From: Nostoc sp. DedSLP01
GTDB taxonomy: Bacteria > Cyanobacteriota > Cyanobacteriia > Cyanobacteriales > Nostocaceae
Length of the DNA: 41,820 nucleotides
Assembly: GCA_034530875.2 (NCBI GenBank)
Contig: JAVRCJ020000053.1
Location: forward strand, 1-41,820
Direction: 5' to 3'
Part shown: positions 38,639 to 41,820 of the stretch, in pieces
Layout: the number at the start of each line of letters is the position of its first letter
How positions within the stretch are numbered: position 1 is the first letter of the stretch
Made by a program: the position numbers and the translations under genes
Notes under the pieces: model-generated
What the model was told of the DNA's origin: nothing
The model's database searches: none
What the model saw: the letters and a program-made list of their open reading frames with translations, nothing else

Positions 38639-40102
38639 TTATAACTGACTCAGACGATTTTGAAAATACTGGCGGTACAAATCGCAACGTGGGATCGCCT
38701 TATTTTCATTACAATATATTACTAAACCCATACTATGTAGTTTAAACACTGACTCCGAGTCTATTTCTATCGCTACTTCACTCTTCACAACTTGGCTAAA
38801 AGCTGCTGCTAATTTAGGATGTTGTTCGAGATTACATAAATGTCCCCTCAGATGAACATTGTAAATTCCCGCTTCCGTTGCAGCTGTTTGCAACAACTGC
38901 TCAAATGTGATGTCCTGGTGTTGAACGTGATAAATAGCTAACCTTATTAAATAGGGATGTCCTCCTACCATGTCCATCAGTTTTTTAACCTGAGTATCAG
39001 TCCAATTGAGCCTTTGATGGCGCTCAACTAAAATTTGGATTTGTTCTTGACTAAACTCTTGTAATTCAATACTCAACCCTACATTAAAGGGAGATTGATT
39101 GAAATTTAGCGGAATATAAACTTCTTTAGAATGTACCAAAACTAGCCGCAGTTTTTTCCAGAGTTCGCTACTGCGATCGCCATATTTCGCATACTCGTAC
39201 CAAGCTCGCAATAAGCTGAAAAAGTCTTCCGCAATGTCGCGATATGGAAAAATCTGCTCGACACCATCTAAACTAATTACTAATGGGCTATCAATTTCTT
39301 CTAACAAACACTCTTCAAAGTAAGCAGTGGTTCTATCCTTACTGCCATAAATATTCCAATAATCATCTAACTGATTCAACCGCTTCAATTTCCTGCCAAC
39401 ACTCTCACAGAACCAGCGTAAGAATGCATCCAAGCTAGTGAAAACTGCTTTATCTGCTAAATGAAAGCTTAAGGATAGTGTTTGATAGCCATACTCTCTA
39501 GCTTCATTAAGAATCCTTACCATGAGTGAAGTTTTACCCATCTGTCCAGGTGCTTTGATACGAATTAAAGCACCTGGCTGCAAAATCTCTTGATAACAGC
39601 GTTCTTCAATTGGAGGGCGTTCAATATAAAAGCTAGAAGTCAGAGGGACTTGACCTACAGGAAATTCTGGTTCTGCGTTCAGTTGGGATAGTTCTTTTGT
39701 ATGGATAGTTAGTAATGCTTTCCCATTTGTTTGAGAAACTGAGTCGTTGGATATTATTTTCTCCATTTTTAGTGGTGAAGATGAAATCAGCTTTTGAGGC
39801 TGTAAAGCAGCCTTTGACTGCTTTAGTGAAGCAGTGTGTGAAAGCCCCAGCCTTTCTATTGCAGCTTGAAAGTTCTTTTTACTGACCTTTTCACCAATTG
39901 TGTTTGAGAGCATTTGCCATAGCTTAGGGCCAACATCATGCTGTAGGTATTCAGTCGTGTAGCCGTAATTTTGAGCAATTTCGTCATACTTTTGACCTTG
40001 CCAAGCACCACGAAGTATGATAACTTCAAGATCCTTTAAATGTCTTTTTGTCTGGGCAACAATTGCTGCATCTAGTATTTTGAATGCTGTTTCAAAGTCC
40101 AT
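38639..40102 (-). CDS. N-terminal HTH (vMAP-type) + AAA-like (AAA_35) domain protein
   Basis: LKDLEVIILRGAWQGQKYDEIA...VGPKLWQMLS..GEKVSKKNF; FYIERPPIE, APGQMGKTS, QSPFNVG, VGGHPYL. ATG 40102 is preferred over TTG 40180. Confidence 0.88.
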   Translation of the reverse strand: MDFETAFKILDAAIVAQTKRHLKDLEVIILRGAWQGQKYDEIAQNYGYTTEYLQHDVGPKLWQMLSNTIGEKVSKKNFQAAIERLGLSHTASLKQSKAALQPQKLISSSPLKMEKIISNDSVSQTNGKALLTIHTKELSQLNAEPEFPVGQVPLTSSFYIERPPIEERCYQEILQPGALIRIKAPGQMGKTSLMVRILNEAREYGYQTLSLSFHLADKAVFTSLDAFLRWFCESVGRKLKRLNQLDDYWNIYGSKDRTTAYFEECLLEEIDSPLVISLDGVEQIFPYRDIAEDFFSLLRAWYEYAKYGDRSSELWKKLRLVLVHSKEVYIPLNFNQSPFNVGLSIELQEFSQEQIQILVERHQRLNWTDTQVKKLMDMVGGHPYLIRLAIYHVQHQDITFEQLLQTAATEAGIYNVHLRGHLCNLEQHPKLAAAFSQVVKSEVAIEIDSESVFKLHSMGLVIYCNENKAIPRCDLYRQYFQNRLSQL

Positions 40103-40291
40103 TGCTCGGGATGAATAACAACAATTTGCATATTGAGCTACACTCCAGATTCTTAACTTTCCAGATTTTTTACCCAACAATATTTTAATGCTTGAAATTC
40201 AGGCAAGCTAAAAAAAGCGGATATTGATAATTTGCTAAAACTAGCGAGTATTTGCTCTGAGCTATCTAGAGAGTTAATAACTATTAATGAC

Positions 40292-41745
40292 CAATACCTT
40301 TGCCAAAAAAAGAGTATGAAGAGGTAGGGCTGTCGTAGTAGAGTTATTGTCTTCCCAAACGACAACTCAAAAACTACGATTCAGCCCATGCCGGACATCT
40401 TATCACTCTTGCAATGCCTTCTACCGCAGATAAACGCGACAACGATGCGGCAATTAAATCAAATCATCCTGGCAATGTTAGCTATGAGTGGTCGAGTCAC
40501 AATGTTGGGAATTGCCCGTTGGGCAGGGGAACGCGGTAGCTATCGGACAATGGGAAGATTTTTCTCGACAGTCATACCTTGGGCAACATTGTTTTGGCCG
40601 TTTTTTCGTCAATATTTGTGGGGAGAGCAGGATGTGTATTTGCTTGCAGGAGATGAAGTTGTAGTCAGTAAATCGGGTAAGCAGACTTACGGGGTAGATA
40701 GATTTTTTTCTAGCTTGGCTAGTAAACCAATTAATGGTTTATCTTTCTTCGTACTGTCATTAGTAAGTGTGGAAAGGAGACAGTCATTTCCTATTGGGAT
40801 AGAACAGGTAATCAAAAGTGATACCCAAATAAATAGCAGCTTACCAATCAAAAAAATAAAACCCAAAGAGAAACGTGGAAGGGGACGACCAAAAGGCAGT
40901 AAAAATAAAAACAAAACCGAAGTGATATTAACATCTGAACTATTACTAATTAAAAAGATGATTAACTCACTATTCGAGCTAGTAGCTAACTTTATCCCTT
41001 TGACGTACTTGGTAGTAGATGGTCATTTTGGTAACAACAATGTGAAAGCAGATGGCACGACAAGTTAACTTGCATATAATTTCCAAGTTGCGCCATGATT
41101 CAGCATTATACGTCCCTTATGAAAATCCTGACTCCAGTAAACGCTCTCGTCGTAAATACGGCAACAAGCTAGATTATCGTAATCTACCTGACACATATTT
41201 ATGTAAAAGTGCTATTGAGGATGAAATTAAAACTGATATTTATCAAGCTACTCTTCTTCACAAAGAATTTTCCCAGCCTCTGAATGTAGTTATTTTGATC
41301 AAAACTAATCTTAAAACCAATACGCGTAGCCATGTAATTTTATTTTCCAGCGACTTAGATTTGAAGGCTGATAAAATTATTGACTATTACAAACTTCGTT
41401 TCCAAATCGAATTTAACTTCCCTGATGCCAAGCAATTTTGGGGTTTAGAGGATTTCATGAATTCTTCCCAAACTGCTGTGACTAATGCGGCTAATCTTGC
41501 CTTCTTTATGGTTAATTTATCCCATCATCTTCTCGCTGATTTCCGTAAATATAATCCTCGGTCTAGCATTATTGACCTGAAAGCTTATTACCGGGGTTTT
41601 CGATATGTTCATGAAATGTTAAAAATACTTCCTCAAAAGCCTGAGCCTATTTTATTAGCCCAAATTTTTGCCAAGCTCACTTCTTTGGGACGTATTCATC
41701 CCCTTTCCACAGGCGTTGAACCCTCGTAAATTGGCTAAGGTATTG
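40292..41745 (+). mobile_element. IS4-family insertion sequence with 15-bp terminal inverted repeats
   Basis: CAATACCTTTGCCAA (40292-40306) and TTGGCTAAGGTATTG (41731-41745), one mismatch; no target duplication seen. Confidence 0.9.
40388..41729 (+). pseudogene. IS4-family DDE transposase, frameshifted near 41040-41052
   Basis: ORF1 carries LLAGDE and VVDGHFG; ORF2 carries YKLRFQIEFNF.DAKQ (YREK-like). The two ORFs overlap in different frames with no obvious slippery site. Confidence 0.85.
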
Positions 41746-41820
41746 TTCTGGGATACAATCATTTTTATTTGGGGTCATACTTCAAACTGCTGGAATTGTT
41801 GTGCAATATGCATTTTGGCA

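Noticed and set aside
41030..41068. Programmed frameshift in the IS4 transposase
   Set aside because: No slippery heptamer; IS4 transposases are single ORFs, so an inactivating indel is more likely

Overview
AT-rich accessory DNA from a cyanobacterium, probably a filamentous Nostocales strain (many HIP1 GCGATCGC sites, STRR heptamer runs, SDR/REP-like palindromes). Plasmid-backbone relics (truncated parA, fragments of plasmid-type hypothetical genes, an oriT-like hairpin cluster) suggest a plasmid or integrated plasmid. From left to right: an IS4-type end; a short, non-housekeeping-type LeuRS with no CP1 editing domain and no canonical in-frame start for its conserved N-terminus; a 2-hydroxyacid dehydrogenase; GNAT; DUF3455; an SLH/OprB porin; a ~1800-aa adhesin with a predicted Cys-Gln thioester domain, six SdrD-B repeats and two split DUF11 domains; a stand-alone three-module NRPS (Thr, probably Arg, unknown) with a Cys-nucleophile thioesterase; two internally deleted IS5/ISL2-type elements; an HsdR-N-like nuclease; an RTX protein; a five-gene FHA(TpsA) / TPR-CHAT / DUF928 / AAA-CHASE2 / HTH-AAA module that looks like a protease-linked trans-envelope signalling system; and a frameshifted IS4 transposase. 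All family calls come from motif recognition by eye; no searches were run.
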